Below are positions 28,948-40,400 of a stretch of DNA of 64,000 nucleotides, in pieces. The stretch is taken from positions 194,162 to 258,161 of the forward strand of contig QWHN01000001.1 in NCBI GenBank assembly GCA_021404905.1, in the 5' to 3' direction. Origin of the DNA: Candidatus Saccharibacteria bacterium CPR2 (lineage in GTDB: Bacteria; Patescibacteriota; Saccharimonadia; Saccharimonadales; QWHN01). The translations under genes were made by a program, and so were the position numbers. Position 1 is the first letter of the stretch. Each line of letters starts with the position of its first letter. The notes under the pieces were generated by a model, which did not search any database, was not told the DNA's origin, and worked only from the letters and a program-made list of their open reading frames with translations.

Positions 28948-29063
28948 TTTCAAAACAAAGGGTGGCGGAGCAAACAGGTCTGGAACTTTTCAGGGTCCTT
29001 CGACTCGCCCTGCTCGCTCAGGATCATTCTCCAATCTCCTGGCGGAGCCATGAGCTTGTCGAA

Positions 29064-29155
<92 letters not shown>

Positions 29156-29170
29156 GAAGCTACTTACATA

Positions 29171-29457
29171 ATAGTATGAAGTATATAGTATGCAGTATAG
29201 CGTATAGAAATTAGGAAACAGCAATTAGAAAATAGAAAATAGTATATTTTTAAAAACTAATTCCTAGTTCCCAAGTTTCATTCGCTTTGTAGCGAATAAA
29301 TTTTCAAATTCTTTTTGCTAGTTGCCAGTTGTTAGTTGCTCTCTTGAAGGGTGGCACCCTTACTACTGATTTCTACTAATTCCCAATTCCTTATTTCTAA
29401 TTTCAATTTTCTGGTTGCCAATTGCTGTTTTCTAATTCCCAGTTGCCAATTCCTAAC
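29171..29457. repeat. Inverted heptamer-array element, copy E4 (composite)
   Basis: It has GTAT-type heptamers and the reverse 22-mer at 29231-29252. It also has the hairpin attcgct-ttgt-agcgaat at 29280-29297, the 85-bp module at 29335-29419, and further heptamers. Confidence 0.9.
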
Positions 29458-29502
29458 TTTTTCCTTGTATCACGAGATCGAACTAGCGTATCATATTAAT
29501 CT

Positions 29503-30237
29503 GTGGAACTGATAAAACTTGACAACATCAGCAAATTTTACGGCATGGGTGACGCTACTACTGTAGCTTTGGATAACCTTTCTTTTATTGTTGAAAAGGG
29601 TGAATTTGTTTCAATCATGGGGCCAAGTGGTTCAGGAAAATCTACACTCATGAATATTATTGGCTTGCTGGATACACCAACCCATGGAAGCTACTTATTG
29701 GAAAATAAAGAAGTTGCGAATTTGAGCCAGAAAGATCGTGCTAGAATTCGCCGTGAGAAAATCGGGTTTATTTTCCAAACTTTCAATTTAATACCTCAGT
29801 TAACAGTAATCGAGAATGTTGCTTTGCCGCTTTTGTATAAAGGCGCAAGTTATGTTAAGCGTATGGAAGCAGCTTCAAAGGTATTAAAATCTTTGGATCT
29901 GGGCGACAGAGAATACTATCTGCCAAACCAGCTTTCTGGTGGCCAGCGCCAACGAGTTGCTATAGCACGGGCTCTTATCAACAAGCCTTCTCTTATACTC
30001 GCGGACGAGCCGACAGGTAACGTAGATTCCAAAACCAGCGAAAACATAATGAACATACTCAAAGATATTCATAAGAAGGGTAATACTATCTTGATGGTGA
30101 CTCACAACCCAGACTTGGCTGAGTATGGTACCCGCGTCATACATGTTATAGACGGCCAAATTGAGGAGAAAAATAGATCAACCCAGAATAAGAAAAAGGC
30201 GACCAAAAAAACTAACAAAAAGGCAGGAAAGAAATGA
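29503..30237 (+). CDS. ABC transporter ATP-binding protein (MacB/LolD-like)
   Basis: Walker A is GPSGSGKST, the signature is [15 protein letters not shown], and Walker B is LILADEPTG. It uses a GTG start. Confidence 0.9.
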   Translation: MELIKLDNISKFYGMGDATTVALDNLSFIVEKGEFVSIMGPSGSGKSTLMNIIGLLDTPTHGSYLLENKEVANLSQKDRARIRREKIGFIFQTFNLIPQLTVIENVALPLLYKGASYVKRMEAASKVLKSLDLGDREYYLPNQLSGGQRQRVAIARALINKPSLILADEPTGNVDSKTSENIMNILKDIHKKGNTILMVTHNPDLAEYGTRVIHVIDGQIEEKNRSTQNKKKATKKTNKKAGKK

Positions 30238-30250
30238 CTTTAAGATACAG

Positions 30251-30316
30251 CAAATTGGAATCAGGAATTGAAAATTCGAAGATATCTAATTCCCATTTGC
30301 CATTTTCTATTTCCTC
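30251..30316. repeat. Small inverted heptamer element, copy E11
   Basis: The sequence is caaattg gaatcag gaattga aaattcg / aagatat / ctaattc ccatttg ccatttt ctatttc, located between the ABC ATPase and permease genes. Confidence 0.7.
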
Positions 30317-30334
30317 TCGACTGGAGGTCGAGCA

Positions 30335-31558
30335 ATGATCTGGACTAACATTAAACTGGCGCTCAATTCATTGAGGCAATCCAAACTTCGATCTTTTTTG
30401 ACTATGATTGCGGTTATTATTGGGGTTGCCGCATTCATGATAGTAACGACTACTGTCGAAGGACTCAAATCCGCAGCGTCAAATGAAATCAACGAACTTG
30501 GTGGTAATCTGATCACCGTTAATTCCGGAAAAATTCTTTATAAAGACGAGTCTGGCAGACAACAATTTAATTTCGCCGCAAGCATGGGCGCCTCTACTTT
30601 AACTGAAAAGGATTTAAATGATTTACGTTCTCTGGACGGCGTAAAAGCGGCCGCACCGCAAGTCATGATATCTGGCGAGGTTGAGGTTAAAGACAAAGCT
30701 TTTCCGTCTGCCTTTATTCTTGCTACTAATGAAGATTATCCAAGCGCGTTTAGCCAAAAAGTTGAAAAAGGAGAATTCTTTTCAGACAACCTTACCAATA
30801 AAAATGTAGTAGTGGTTGGCTCTGGTGTAGTCGCAAAAGGCTTTAGTGGAGCCTCCCCGCTAGGATCAAAAATATTAATTCGCAACCAGGAGTTTACTGT
30901 TCTCGGTGTTATGGAAGAATACAAGTCTTCTTTTAACATTGGTGCTGATCTTAACAACGCCATAATCATTCCGGTTGAAAGCGCGAAAGAACTGACTGGA
31001 GGCACGCCCGTTTCAATTCAAGAAATTGATATTCAACTAGACGAAGGAGCGGATGCAAATGTACAGGCAGAAAAGATAAACAACAAGCTACTAGAGAATC
31101 ATGGCGGCGAAGACGACTTCACGGTTCTCAAGCAAGACGAGCTGATTGATTTAACTGGCAGTTTGCTTGATCAAATTAAAAAAGTTTCTCAAGCGGTCTC
31201 TTATATTATGTTATTTGTGGGTTCGGTAGTAATTCTGCTGATTATGCTCATTACTGTCAAAGAGCGTACTCGGGAAATTGGCATCAGAAAAAGTATCGGC
31301 GCGACAAATAGTAATATTCTAACTCAGTTTTTAACTGAGGCCGTTGTACTTAGCTGGGTGGGCAGCTTAATGGGCATTGCTCTTGGCTTTGCACTAGGGT
31401 TCGCAGTCAAAGCGGCAATAGACATAACTCCGACTTATTCAATTAACTCTATAATAACTGTAGTTATAATCAGCACGACTATTGGTGCTGTTGGCGGTTT
31501 CTTTCCGGCCCTTCAAGCTGCCCGCAAAGATCCAGTCGAAGCCCTTAGATATGAATAG
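30335..31558 (+). CDS. ABC transporter permease (MacB/FtsX-domain family)
   Basis: The protein has an N-terminal TM helix, a large extracytoplasmic MacB-like domain and a C-terminal FtsX-like 3-TM bundle. The ending ARKDPVEALRYE is typical. Confidence 0.85.
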   Translation: MIWTNIKLALNSLRQSKLRSFLTMIAVIIGVAAFMIVTTTVEGLKSAASNEINELGGNLITVNSGKILYKDESGRQQFNFAASMGASTLTEKDLNDLRSLDGVKAAAPQVMISGEVEVKDKAFPSAFILATNEDYPSAFSQKVEKGEFFSDNLTNKNVVVVGSGVVAKGFSGASPLGSKILIRNQEFTVLGVMEEYKSSFNIGADLNNAIIIPVESAKELTGGTPVSIQEIDIQLDEGADANVQAEKINNKLLENHGGEDDFTVLKQDELIDLTGSLLDQIKKVSQAVSYIMLFVGSVVILLIMLITVKERTREIGIRKSIGATNSNILTQFLTEAVVLSWVGSLMGIALGFALGFAVKAAIDITPTYSINSIITVVIISTTIGAVGGFFPALQAARKDPVEALRYE

Positions 31559-31563
31559 ATACG

Positions 31564-31581
31564 AAATACTCAGTATTTTTT
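31564..31581 (+). terminator. Weak AT-rich hairpin plus T-run after the ABC permease gene
   Basis: The stem is AAATAC-tca-GTATTT, followed by TTT. The stem has very low GC. Confidence 0.3.
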
Positions 31582-31597
31582 AGGCAAAATGGATGGC

Positions 31598-32251
31598 TCA
31601 GCGAAGTGACAGAGCTGTTTTGCCTAGATTAGCTACTACTTTCTTGTAACCTTCTTTTATACCTATAACTTTTTCTGTTGATCCGCCTTCTACGACATTA
31701 TCATTTGATCTCTTAGCAATAAGCTCAACGGCTTCTTCAAGCAGGCGGAAGTTATGCAAGTTCATTGGGTGCGGGTTGTGGGCATGATTATTAACATGCC
31801 TGTCTGCGTGAGTAAAAATATGCATTTCAGCAAAGATTCTTCTTTGACCAGATTCTTCATCCTCAAAATCAATTATACTAAACGCAACCCCTTCTTTATG
31901 GCCCAGATTGTTTCGGCCAGTTGTTAATAATTCTACAGTGTAGATGTCGTCTCTTTTTACCAAAATGACTTGCCCAGTTTCTTTTTGTTGCCTATTCCCA
32001 ATTGCCTCTTGGAACATGCCCTTGAATCTATCTACTCTATCAACGACTTCGCTGTATTGTCCATTAGCGTTTGCTAGAAGATCAAAACTGTCATTGTCTG
32101 CATCTATTAAATCGAACATATGGGTATGGGGTTTTTCAGTTTCAACCACTGGGTTAAAATCCGGCATCTCAGAAACGGGCAGGTTAACAATGTATATCCC
32201 ATTTGCATCTTGTCCTGTTTCGACTCCAAGGCGACTCATTTTTATTTCCAT
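31598..32251 (-). CDS. Hypothetical protein
   Basis: 217-aa ORF with a His-rich patch (HADRHVNNHAHNPHP) and no recognised family. Confidence 0.5.
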   Translation of the reverse strand: MEIKMSRLGVETGQDANGIYIVNLPVSEMPDFNPVVETEKPHTHMFDLIDADNDSFDLLANANGQYSEVVDRVDRFKGMFQEAIGNRQQKETGQVILVKRDDIYTVELLTTGRNNLGHKEGVAFSIIDFEDEESGQRRIFAEMHIFTHADRHVNNHAHNPHPMNLHNFRLLEEAVELIAKRSNDNVVEGGSTEKVIGIKEGYKKVVANLGKTALSLR

Positions 32252-32315
32252 ATAATCCTATACGTTGGATATTATACACCTGACCTCTGTTTTGTCAAGA
32301 GCTTGCGCTTAATTA

Positions 32316-33347
32316 TTATCTGTTGAGCTTTGTCTTAAATTTTTCAATGATGTCTACTGGTGTAGGGTTTACACCGTTCAGCAAAGCCAAATAGATACTA
32401 ACGAATTCTCCTAAAACAACCAGCCACAATAGATGTTCAAGCTCTGTGTTGCCTTTTGCTTCAACTCTGATTGCCTTGGGACGCATACCCGAAAGCATAC
32501 GGTCGCTAATGTCAAACCTAAACTTAACACGCTCGTTCTCAAGTGATGAAAATAGATCAATAACACCAAACGGCTTTTCTATTGGATGCGATGTCCAGCC
32601 AAGAAATTCATTATGATTAAACTCTGGTAATTTGTTGCAAAAAGCAATATTCTTAGAATTTTCATTGAAACTAATTTTCCATTTGTAGGCTGCTGGGAAC
32701 ATCTTAGGGCCAGCGTATACAACTGGAGTTTTCCCAACCAATTGCTCCGCCAGTTGCTTGGCTAAATTTTTATTTGTATGCACATCTGCCCGCCATGAAT
32801 TAGTTGTTTCCAATAGTCTGTCTGTGCAAGATTCGAGTTCTTGTGTGCTTTCTTTTGGAATTAAATTGTACGCAGCTAATACTGAAACCAAGGCTTTATA
32901 TGATGCTAATGCTGCCATACGAGGCTGAAATCCATCTCTTAGTTTTACAAATGGGAATGAGTTGCTATCGGCCAATTCCTTAAGCTTTCCTCCCGAAGCT
33001 ACACACACAATTTGTGCGTTTTTTTTGCGAGCAAGTCCAAATGCGGAAATAGTTTCTTCTGTGTTTCCGGAATAACTCGAAGCTATAAACAAAGTATTTT
33101 CACTTGTATATGCCGGTATTTCATAACTACGACAGATTTCATAAGGCACACTTACTCCTGGCCAGGTATTTATGAATTCCGCAGACAAAGCAGAGCCCCC
33201 CATGCCTGCTATCACGATGTTACTAATTGGCCTGTTACTTTTGTTTGTTACTTCAAATTTATCAAGTAATTGTTCTGGTTCGTGAGTCGCGACTCCAAGC
33301 GCATCCTGCGGATCTTTTTGTGCAATATATTTTTGATCATCCAACAT
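32316..33347 (-). CDS. Bifunctional phosphoglucose/phosphomannose isomerase (SIS domain)
   Basis: It has the SIS motif IAGMGGSALSAEF...ASSYSGNTEET and a PGI/PMI-type C-terminal domain. Confidence 0.75.
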   Translation of the reverse strand: MLDDQKYIAQKDPQDALGVATHEPEQLLDKFEVTNKSNRPISNIVIAGMGGSALSAEFINTWPGVSVPYEICRSYEIPAYTSENTLFIASSYSGNTEETISAFGLARKKNAQIVCVASGGKLKELADSNSFPFVKLRDGFQPRMAALASYKALVSVLAAYNLIPKESTQELESCTDRLLETTNSWRADVHTNKNLAKQLAEQLVGKTPVVYAGPKMFPAAYKWKISFNENSKNIAFCNKLPEFNHNEFLGWTSHPIEKPFGVIDLFSSLENERVKFRFDISDRMLSGMRPKAIRVEAKGNTELEHLLWLVVLGEFVSIYLALLNGVNPTPVDIIEKFKTKLNR

Positions 33348-33354
33348 GATAGTT

Positions 33355-33526
33355 AGTATAGAGTATAGCGTATGGAGTATGAAGTATGAAGTATGGGCAC
33401 TGGAAAACGGGAATTAGGAACTAGAAACCAGGAATTAGTTTTTTAAAAATATACTATTTTCTATTTCCTAGTTGCTGTTTCCTAACATCTATACGCTATA
33501 CGTCATACACCATACTCCATACTCTA
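33355..33526. repeat. Inverted heptamer-array element, copy E5 (most complete)
   Basis: Twelve in-phase left units span 33355-33438. The 18-bp centre contains part of the 22-mer (33444-33465). Ten in-phase right units span 33457-33526. The arms are mutually reverse-complementary. Confidence 0.92.
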
Positions 33527-33631
33527 TTCCCATCACGCTTTTGTTTAATCGCAGTGTTTGTTATTATTAAAAATAATAATTAACAAGTGTTAAATGATAA
33601 CTTTCCGTCTTTGGCGGAACGAGGGGTGGAG

Positions 33632-34168
33632 ATGGATCAAGTACAATCGGTATCACCAACACAAGACAACAATGACCAACAATTAGATCAGGCAATCGCT
33701 AACTTGCCTGGAATAACAACTGACAGCGACTCTCATACAAATAATTACCAAGATCAGAGCACAAACACACCTCAGCCTTCTGGCCAGCTAGAAAACACAC
33801 CTCCGGTTGTAACAAACAATCAAGCTGGTTCAAGTGACAATAATTCCCAAGGCTCTTATATAGACTCTATAACTAAAGACGACGCATCATCTTCATCAAA
33901 CGCCGCCAGTAATGATGACTTACAACACATAAAAGACGAAGCTCTGGAAAAGCTCAGGCCTTTGGTAGATAAATTAGATCAAGGTCCTGAAGAAAAATTC
34001 GATACATTGCTCATGTTGATCCGTGCAAGTGACGATAAATCTTTAATTAAACCAGCATATGAAGCGGCTGAAGCTATTGAAGACGATCAGAAACGAGCAA
34101 AAGCACTGCTCGATGTTGTTAACGAAGTAAATTATCTAACTCAACCCAGCTCGCAAACACAAGATTAG
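33632..34168 (+). CDS. Hypothetical protein with a low-complexity acidic/polar N-terminus
   Basis: I preferred the ATG at 33632 because it has a GGGGTGGAG RBS. I recognised no motif. Confidence 0.45.
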   Translation: MDQVQSVSPTQDNNDQQLDQAIANLPGITTDSDSHTNNYQDQSTNTPQPSGQLENTPPVVTNNQAGSSDNNSQGSYIDSITKDDASSSSNAASNDDLQHIKDEALEKLRPLVDKLDQGPEEKFDTLLMLIRASDDKSLIKPAYEAAEAIEDDQKRAKALLDVVNEVNYLTQPSSQTQD

Positions 34169-34314
34169 TTCTGTAATACAGGCTGTCTGATTCGTAAATT
34201 TCCCTAAGCCTAATAAATGCAAACGAAGACTTATAAGACAAATCTGTAAACTAATGTTGCAGAAAGAGCCAGAATATGTTACTAATATAGTATATTTGTT
34301 TATAAAAAACAAAA

Positions 34315-36333
34315 ATGTCAAAAATTCTAACTCAGTTATCAACTAACCATGCATTAAAGTGTTTTTCAAGTATTGTCGTATTTCCCCAAAAAATCAGCAG
34401 TAAATTTAAACAGATTAACATTTCACCTAGGTTTAAATTAACGGCTGTTATAGTTGTAGTTTCACCTGTGTCGCTATTCATAACTACGCTTGCAGTGCTT
34501 CATCTCTTGCCTGGTAGTGTAGCGTACTCATATGACAAATCTTTTAATTGCATTACTGCTCCCACGCTATTTCCTGAATTTATCAAGTCAGGTACTGTTT
34601 CAAGCTTCAAATCATTTTCAACAAAGGATGTAACATTGTTAGGGTATCCCCTGTATTCACATAGCACATGTTTTGCTGCAAAAGCTCCTGTTAATGAGAA
34701 ACACTCTGAAAAAGTTAATTTTTCTTATTTTGGGAATAGTTTTTTAAAGAAAAGCGTTACTCTACAAACTGATCTATTCCCTGTGCTTAGTTATGCACAC
34801 ATAAAGAAAGGACCTTTATCAACCAAAGACCCAATAGAATTTAAACTCAGCACCAATGACCAAACGTTCTCTTACCAGCTTGAGTCTGAAGAAAAAACCG
34901 CAAAGTGTGAAAACAAAAATCAAAGTTTATTCTGTGATGTATCGCCATTAGAATTTAAACAATCTGAAAATTACAATATAAAACTTAGCAGATTTTTTAA
35001 TGATAAAAACGTAAACCAAATTTTTGAAAGTGTTATTACTACTGTAGCGCCAGTCGAAATAGTCAGTACAAGCATTGGTAATGGGTCAACGGTGCTTGAT
35101 AAACCGTCCAGTCTAACCCTTGAACTAAATAAAAAAGCTGTTTCAGTTGATGAAGTTGTGCTTGTGCAAATAGGTGATGTTGAGACAAATATCCCAGTTT
35201 CAAGCGAGATTACTGATCAAGGTATTAAAATAATTTTTGAGGAAGAACTGGCAAGAGAAGCAGCTTTTAAAATGACAGTGGATTCCATTACAGCCGAGGA
35301 CAAAGGTTTCTTGCCAAATCCGTACACATTGGAATTCACAACTTCTGGCGGCCCTAAAGTTAACAGTGTCAATATAGGCACATATGGAATATCTCAGTCA
35401 CAATCTTTTATCGTTTCTTTCGACCAGACACTGAAGGATGCGGATTATAATAGTCTGGTTGATGTAAGGCTAGGTGCTCAATCAATCCCTGCATTAGTTA
35501 CTGCAAAAAATAACCAATTAACAATTAAACCAAAGGAAAACTTACCTTTTTGTGCTTCATTTTCTATCAATATAAATGGTAATATCGAAAATCCTCATGG
35601 TGTATCTAGATCTGTTAAATGGAGCTATAACTCTCGAACAATTTGCCACACTATATCTATAATTGGCTACTCAGTGCTAGGAAGAGCAATATATGCTTAT
35701 AGATTTGGCAATGGACCAAGCAAAGTAATATTTGTTGGTGGTACTCATGGGACTGAAGGCAACACCAAGTGGCTTCTTGATAGCTGGATAAATGAGCTTG
35801 AAGCCAAAGCACCAAATATTTCAGCAACCCGGACAATAATTGTAATTCCTAATGTTAACCCCGATGGGTACGCTTCTGGCACACGTACCAACGCAAATAA
35901 TATTGATCTAAATCGTAATTTTCCGGCTAATAACTGGAAATCTGGTGTAAAGATGCCTACCGGTGAATACCTGGAAAATGGCGGAGGTGTCCAAGCTCTC
36001 TCTGAACCGGAATCATCGGCTCTTGCGAGCTTTATCTTAAGCGAAAATCCCAGAATGGTATTAACTTATCACAGCCAAGCATCTTTAGTGGTAGCCAATG
36101 AATCCGGAGACTCAATTTCTGCCGCAAACACGTATGGCAGCTCAAGTAATTACACCAGCCTTACAAACAGTCAGCTTGGCAGCACTTTTGATTATGATAC
36201 TACAGGCGCGTTTGAAGATTGGCTGCATGATAAATACGACATACCAGCATTGTTGGTAGAACTTGCCACCACCACATCCAACGAATTCAATCGTAACAAA
36301 AATGCAATGTGGGCAATGGTAAATTTGCCATAA
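34315..36333 (+). CDS. Secreted M14-family zinc carboxypeptidase with N-terminal Ig-like/beta-rich region (gamma-D-Glu-DAP peptidase-like)
   Basis: C-terminal motifs are GGTHGTEGNT (HxxE), NPDGY, DLNRNFP and LTYHSQ. An N-terminal TM/signal sequence is present. Confidence 0.65.
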   Translation: MSKILTQLSTNHALKCFSSIVVFPQKISSKFKQINISPRFKLTAVIVVVSPVSLFITTLAVLHLLPGSVAYSYDKSFNCITAPTLFPEFIKSGTVSSFKSFSTKDVTLLGYPLYSHSTCFAAKAPVNEKHSEKVNFSYFGNSFLKKSVTLQTDLFPVLSYAHIKKGPLSTKDPIEFKLSTNDQTFSYQLESEEKTAKCENKNQSLFCDVSPLEFKQSENYNIKLSRFFNDKNVNQIFESVITTVAPVEIVSTSIGNGSTVLDKPSSLTLELNKKAVSVDEVVLVQIGDVETNIPVSSEITDQGIKIIFEEELAREAAFKMTVDSITAEDKGFLPNPYTLEFTTSGGPKVNSVNIGTYGISQSQSFIVSFDQTLKDADYNSLVDVRLGAQSIPALVTAKNNQLTIKPKENLPFCASFSININGNIENPHGVSRSVKWSYNSRTICHTISIIGYSVLGRAIYAYRFGNGPSKVIFVGGTHGTEGNTKWLLDSWINELEAKAPNISATRTIIVIPNVNPDGYASGTRTNANNIDLNRNFPANNWKSGVKMPTGEYLENGGGVQALSEPESSALASFILSENPRMVLTYHSQASLVVANESGDSISAANTYGSSSNYTSLTNSQLGSTFDYDTTGAFEDWLHDKYDIPALLVELATTTSNEFNRNKNAMWAMVNLP

Positions 36334-36422
36334 AACTAATAGGTCTAATAAATCACGGTTATGTTTGTTGTATTTTTATGATATTTTAAGAGTGTCTACC
36401 AAGAGAGAATACAAACAAAAAT

Positions 36423-38222
36423 ATGAAAACCTTAGAAGGCTCAGTTAATGCACATGGTCATGGCGGTTGGTCCGGCAACCTTAGTGGATTTTTAAATTTT
36501 ACAGGTTATTTAAGAGGCTTATTTTATAGACATAAAAAAATACTTAAGTTTTTTATTTGGATGAACATATTTTTATTAGCCATTTTTTTGCTGCTTAATA
36601 TTTTTCTTTGGGTATTTCAAAAAGGTAAATTGCCCCTCAATGCTAAAGTCCAAAACGTAAACTTAAGCTTAAAAACACCGGATGAAGCAAAAGAACTATT
36701 ACAAGAGTTGGATCTCCAAAAACTCAACATAGACGCGAATGGCAATTTTATTGAGGCTAATTTGGGTGATTTAGGCGCAGCTGTGGATGTTGACGGGGTT
36801 ATAAATGATTTAAATACAAGTTCTGGGATTTTCAGACTGCCGCTAATAAAAGCTATTGCATTTAGCATGATTAACCACGCTCCAAAGTATGAGATAGATC
36901 AGCAAAAAGCTATTGGCTTATTTGAATCGATCGGGCAAAAATATAATTTAGAACCGACAAATGCCGCCATAAAGCTTCCGGGTAGTGCAGAAGATGAAAT
37001 AATTATTGAATCTGACAAAGATGGTTTTAACGTTGACCCTAAACTTACTGCACTGCAACTGACTAACAATCCAAATTCTTTGGGCCAATCCACAATTGAG
37101 TTAAAGCCCGGGCGAATAAAAGCTAAAATTACATCTAAAGACTTGCAACCTGAGAAAGAGCGTATGGCCACACTTCTTTTACATAATACGGCCATGTATT
37201 TCGAGCAAAAACGTTTTGAGCCGGATCAGGATCAAAGGCTCTCATTTTTAACGATTGAGCCTAATGAGGAAGGTATCCCAAGGGGTAGTTACAACAAGGA
37301 AAATATAAAAAGCTACATAAAGAATGTTGTTCTGCCTGATGTCTACAAAGCTCCCACGTATACAGTCGTTAATTTAGTAGATGGAGTCCAAAGTTCGCAA
37401 ACAGCTGGGGTGTCGGGTTTAACGGTAAATGTAGATGAAACCACCGATGCTTATATACAAGCATGGCAAGAAAAACAACCTTCAGTGGAAATTAAAATGC
37501 AATCAATTGCCCCAAAAGTTATTTATAACCGCGCGTATAGCTATACAAATGAGGGTCTGCATCAGTTAATCAAAGATTTTGCCAGTGAGTATAGCGGAGA
37601 GTACCAAGTTGTTGTCAAAGATCTGACAAATGGCTTCAGTGCTAGTTTAAACGCCGGTTCGTCAACTGTACCGGCCAGTACATATAAAGTCTTTTTGGCT
37701 TATGTTGCACTCAAGAAAATTGAACAGGGATCCTTGAGCTTTGATGTACAAACGGGTTACGGAAGTGTTAGTTATTGTATAGAACAAATGATAGTAATCT
37801 CTGACAATAATTGCGCAAAGGCTATCCTCAACACCATAGGCTGGGCTGAGACAGATCGAGTCATCCACGAAGCAGGCTTTAGCAGCACAAACTTAAATAA
37901 CAGCGGTGGAGGATATATGTCTACGACTGCTCAAGATGAAGCGAACATGATGGAAAAACTCTATAACGGCTCTTTACTGACTAGCGCTAATCGTGATTTT
38001 TTGTTTGGATTCATGAACAGGCAGATTTATAGAAGCGGCATACCGGCCGGTTCAAAAGGCAGCGTGGTTACGGATAAAGTTGGGTTTTTGGAAAGCTGGA
38101 ACCACGATATGGCCATAGTCCACTCGCCAAAATCAACTTATGTCTTGATAGTCATGAGCAAATACAGCTCATTTAGCAATATCAGTGTCCTGGCCTCTCG
38201 CGTGTATGATTTCTTCAACTAG
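36423..38222 (+). CDS. Membrane-anchored serine hydrolase with a class A beta-lactamase/PBP-like C-terminal domain
   Basis: It has a TM helix near the N-terminus. The catalytic-type motifs are STYKVF (SxxK), SDN and DKVGF (KTG-like). Confidence 0.55.
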   Translation: MKTLEGSVNAHGHGGWSGNLSGFLNFTGYLRGLFYRHKKILKFFIWMNIFLLAIFLLLNIFLWVFQKGKLPLNAKVQNVNLSLKTPDEAKELLQELDLQKLNIDANGNFIEANLGDLGAAVDVDGVINDLNTSSGIFRLPLIKAIAFSMINHAPKYEIDQQKAIGLFESIGQKYNLEPTNAAIKLPGSAEDEIIIESDKDGFNVDPKLTALQLTNNPNSLGQSTIELKPGRIKAKITSKDLQPEKERMATLLLHNTAMYFEQKRFEPDQDQRLSFLTIEPNEEGIPRGSYNKENIKSYIKNVVLPDVYKAPTYTVVNLVDGVQSSQTAGVSGLTVNVDETTDAYIQAWQEKQPSVEIKMQSIAPKVIYNRAYSYTNEGLHQLIKDFASEYSGEYQVVVKDLTNGFSASLNAGSSTVPASTYKVFLAYVALKKIEQGSLSFDVQTGYGSVSYCIEQMIVISDNNCAKAILNTIGWAETDRVIHEAGFSSTNLNNSGGGYMSTTAQDEANMMEKLYNGSLLTSANRDFLFGFMNRQIYRSGIPAGSKGSVVTDKVGFLESWNHDMAIVHSPKSTYVLIVMSKYSSFSNISVLASRVYDFFN

Positions 38223-38231
38223 GAAGATTCA

Positions 38232-39875
<1,644 letters not shown>

Positions 39876-39894
39876 TTAGATTTCCTCCTTTATC

Positions 39895-40010
39895 GTCATT
39901 ATTTGGCATTTATCATCTAGCAGCTTACATTCATTTTGCAGTTTGCAATGGGCATTGATTAATTGGCAACTGAATGATAACTGTAAACTGTTAACTGAAA
40001 ACTGAATCAT
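39895..40010. repeat. Heptamer-periodic spacer between groES and groEL
   Basis: In-phase units read attttgc agtttgc aatgggc attgatt aattggc, then aactgaa tgataac tgtaaac tgttaac tgaaaac. Confidence 0.8.
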
Positions 40011-40274
40011 CTATTTAATGACCCCTAAAACGTCTTCTTCTTTTATGATCAAAACTTCTTCTTTACCGATTTTTACCGGAGAAGTATAGGTCTTGTAGAC
40101 GATCTTGTCGCCAACTTTTACTTCCTTAACGTCCTTCCCGACTGCCAATACTTTTGCTACGTCAGGCTTTTCCTGAGCATTGTCAGGCAGGTAAAGCCCG
40201 GACGCTGTTTTTGCTTCAGCTTCAACTTGCTCGGCAACAATTCTATCTGCCAATGGTTTGATTTTTGTACTCAT
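40011..40274 (-). CDS. groES: Co-chaperonin GroES
   Basis: From Met7 the protein reads MSTKIKPLADRIV. The start has a GAGGAGG RBS. Confidence 0.95.
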   Translation of the reverse strand: MSTKIKPLADRIVAEQVEAEAKTASGLYLPDNAQEKPDVAKVLAVGKDVKEVKVGDKIVYKTYTSPVKIGKEEVLIIKEEDVLGVIK

Positions 40275-40309
40275 ATAATCTCGCCTCCTCACTTAATATC
40301 GATTTATTT

Positions 40310-40336
40310 TTAGCACTTTCCTCGTTAGAGTGCTAA
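40310..40336. promoter_or_regulatory. CIRCE operator (HrcA binding site) upstream of groES
   Basis: The sequence TTAGCACTT-tcctcgtta-GAGTGCTAA has one mismatch to the consensus TTAGCACTC-N9-GAGTGCTAA. Confidence 0.9.
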
Positions 40337-40347
40337 TTTCAAGATTA

Positions 40348-40376
40348 ATACTAATTAAACAATTTTTTGCTGTCAA
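40348..40376 (-). promoter_or_regulatory. Sigma-70-type promoter of groES-groEL
   Basis: On the minus strand the sequence reads TTGACA, a 17-nt spacer, then TAGTAT. It lies immediately upstream of CIRCE. Confidence 0.65.
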
Positions 40377-40400
40377 GAATTTGCAGTGATATTAGTTTTA

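Noticed and set aside
28948-29063. Possible small SRP RNA or 6S RNA downstream of the MTHFS gene. The minus strand shows a GUC-GAAG-GAC hairpin (GNAR-like tetraloop) flanked by CAGG/CCUG.
   Set aside because: The conserved SRP helix-8 3'-side GGAAGCAGC-type motif is absent on either strand, and no extended helix can be drawn. The fragment looks more like decayed tRNA-Ser sequence. Only a covariance-model scan could settle it.
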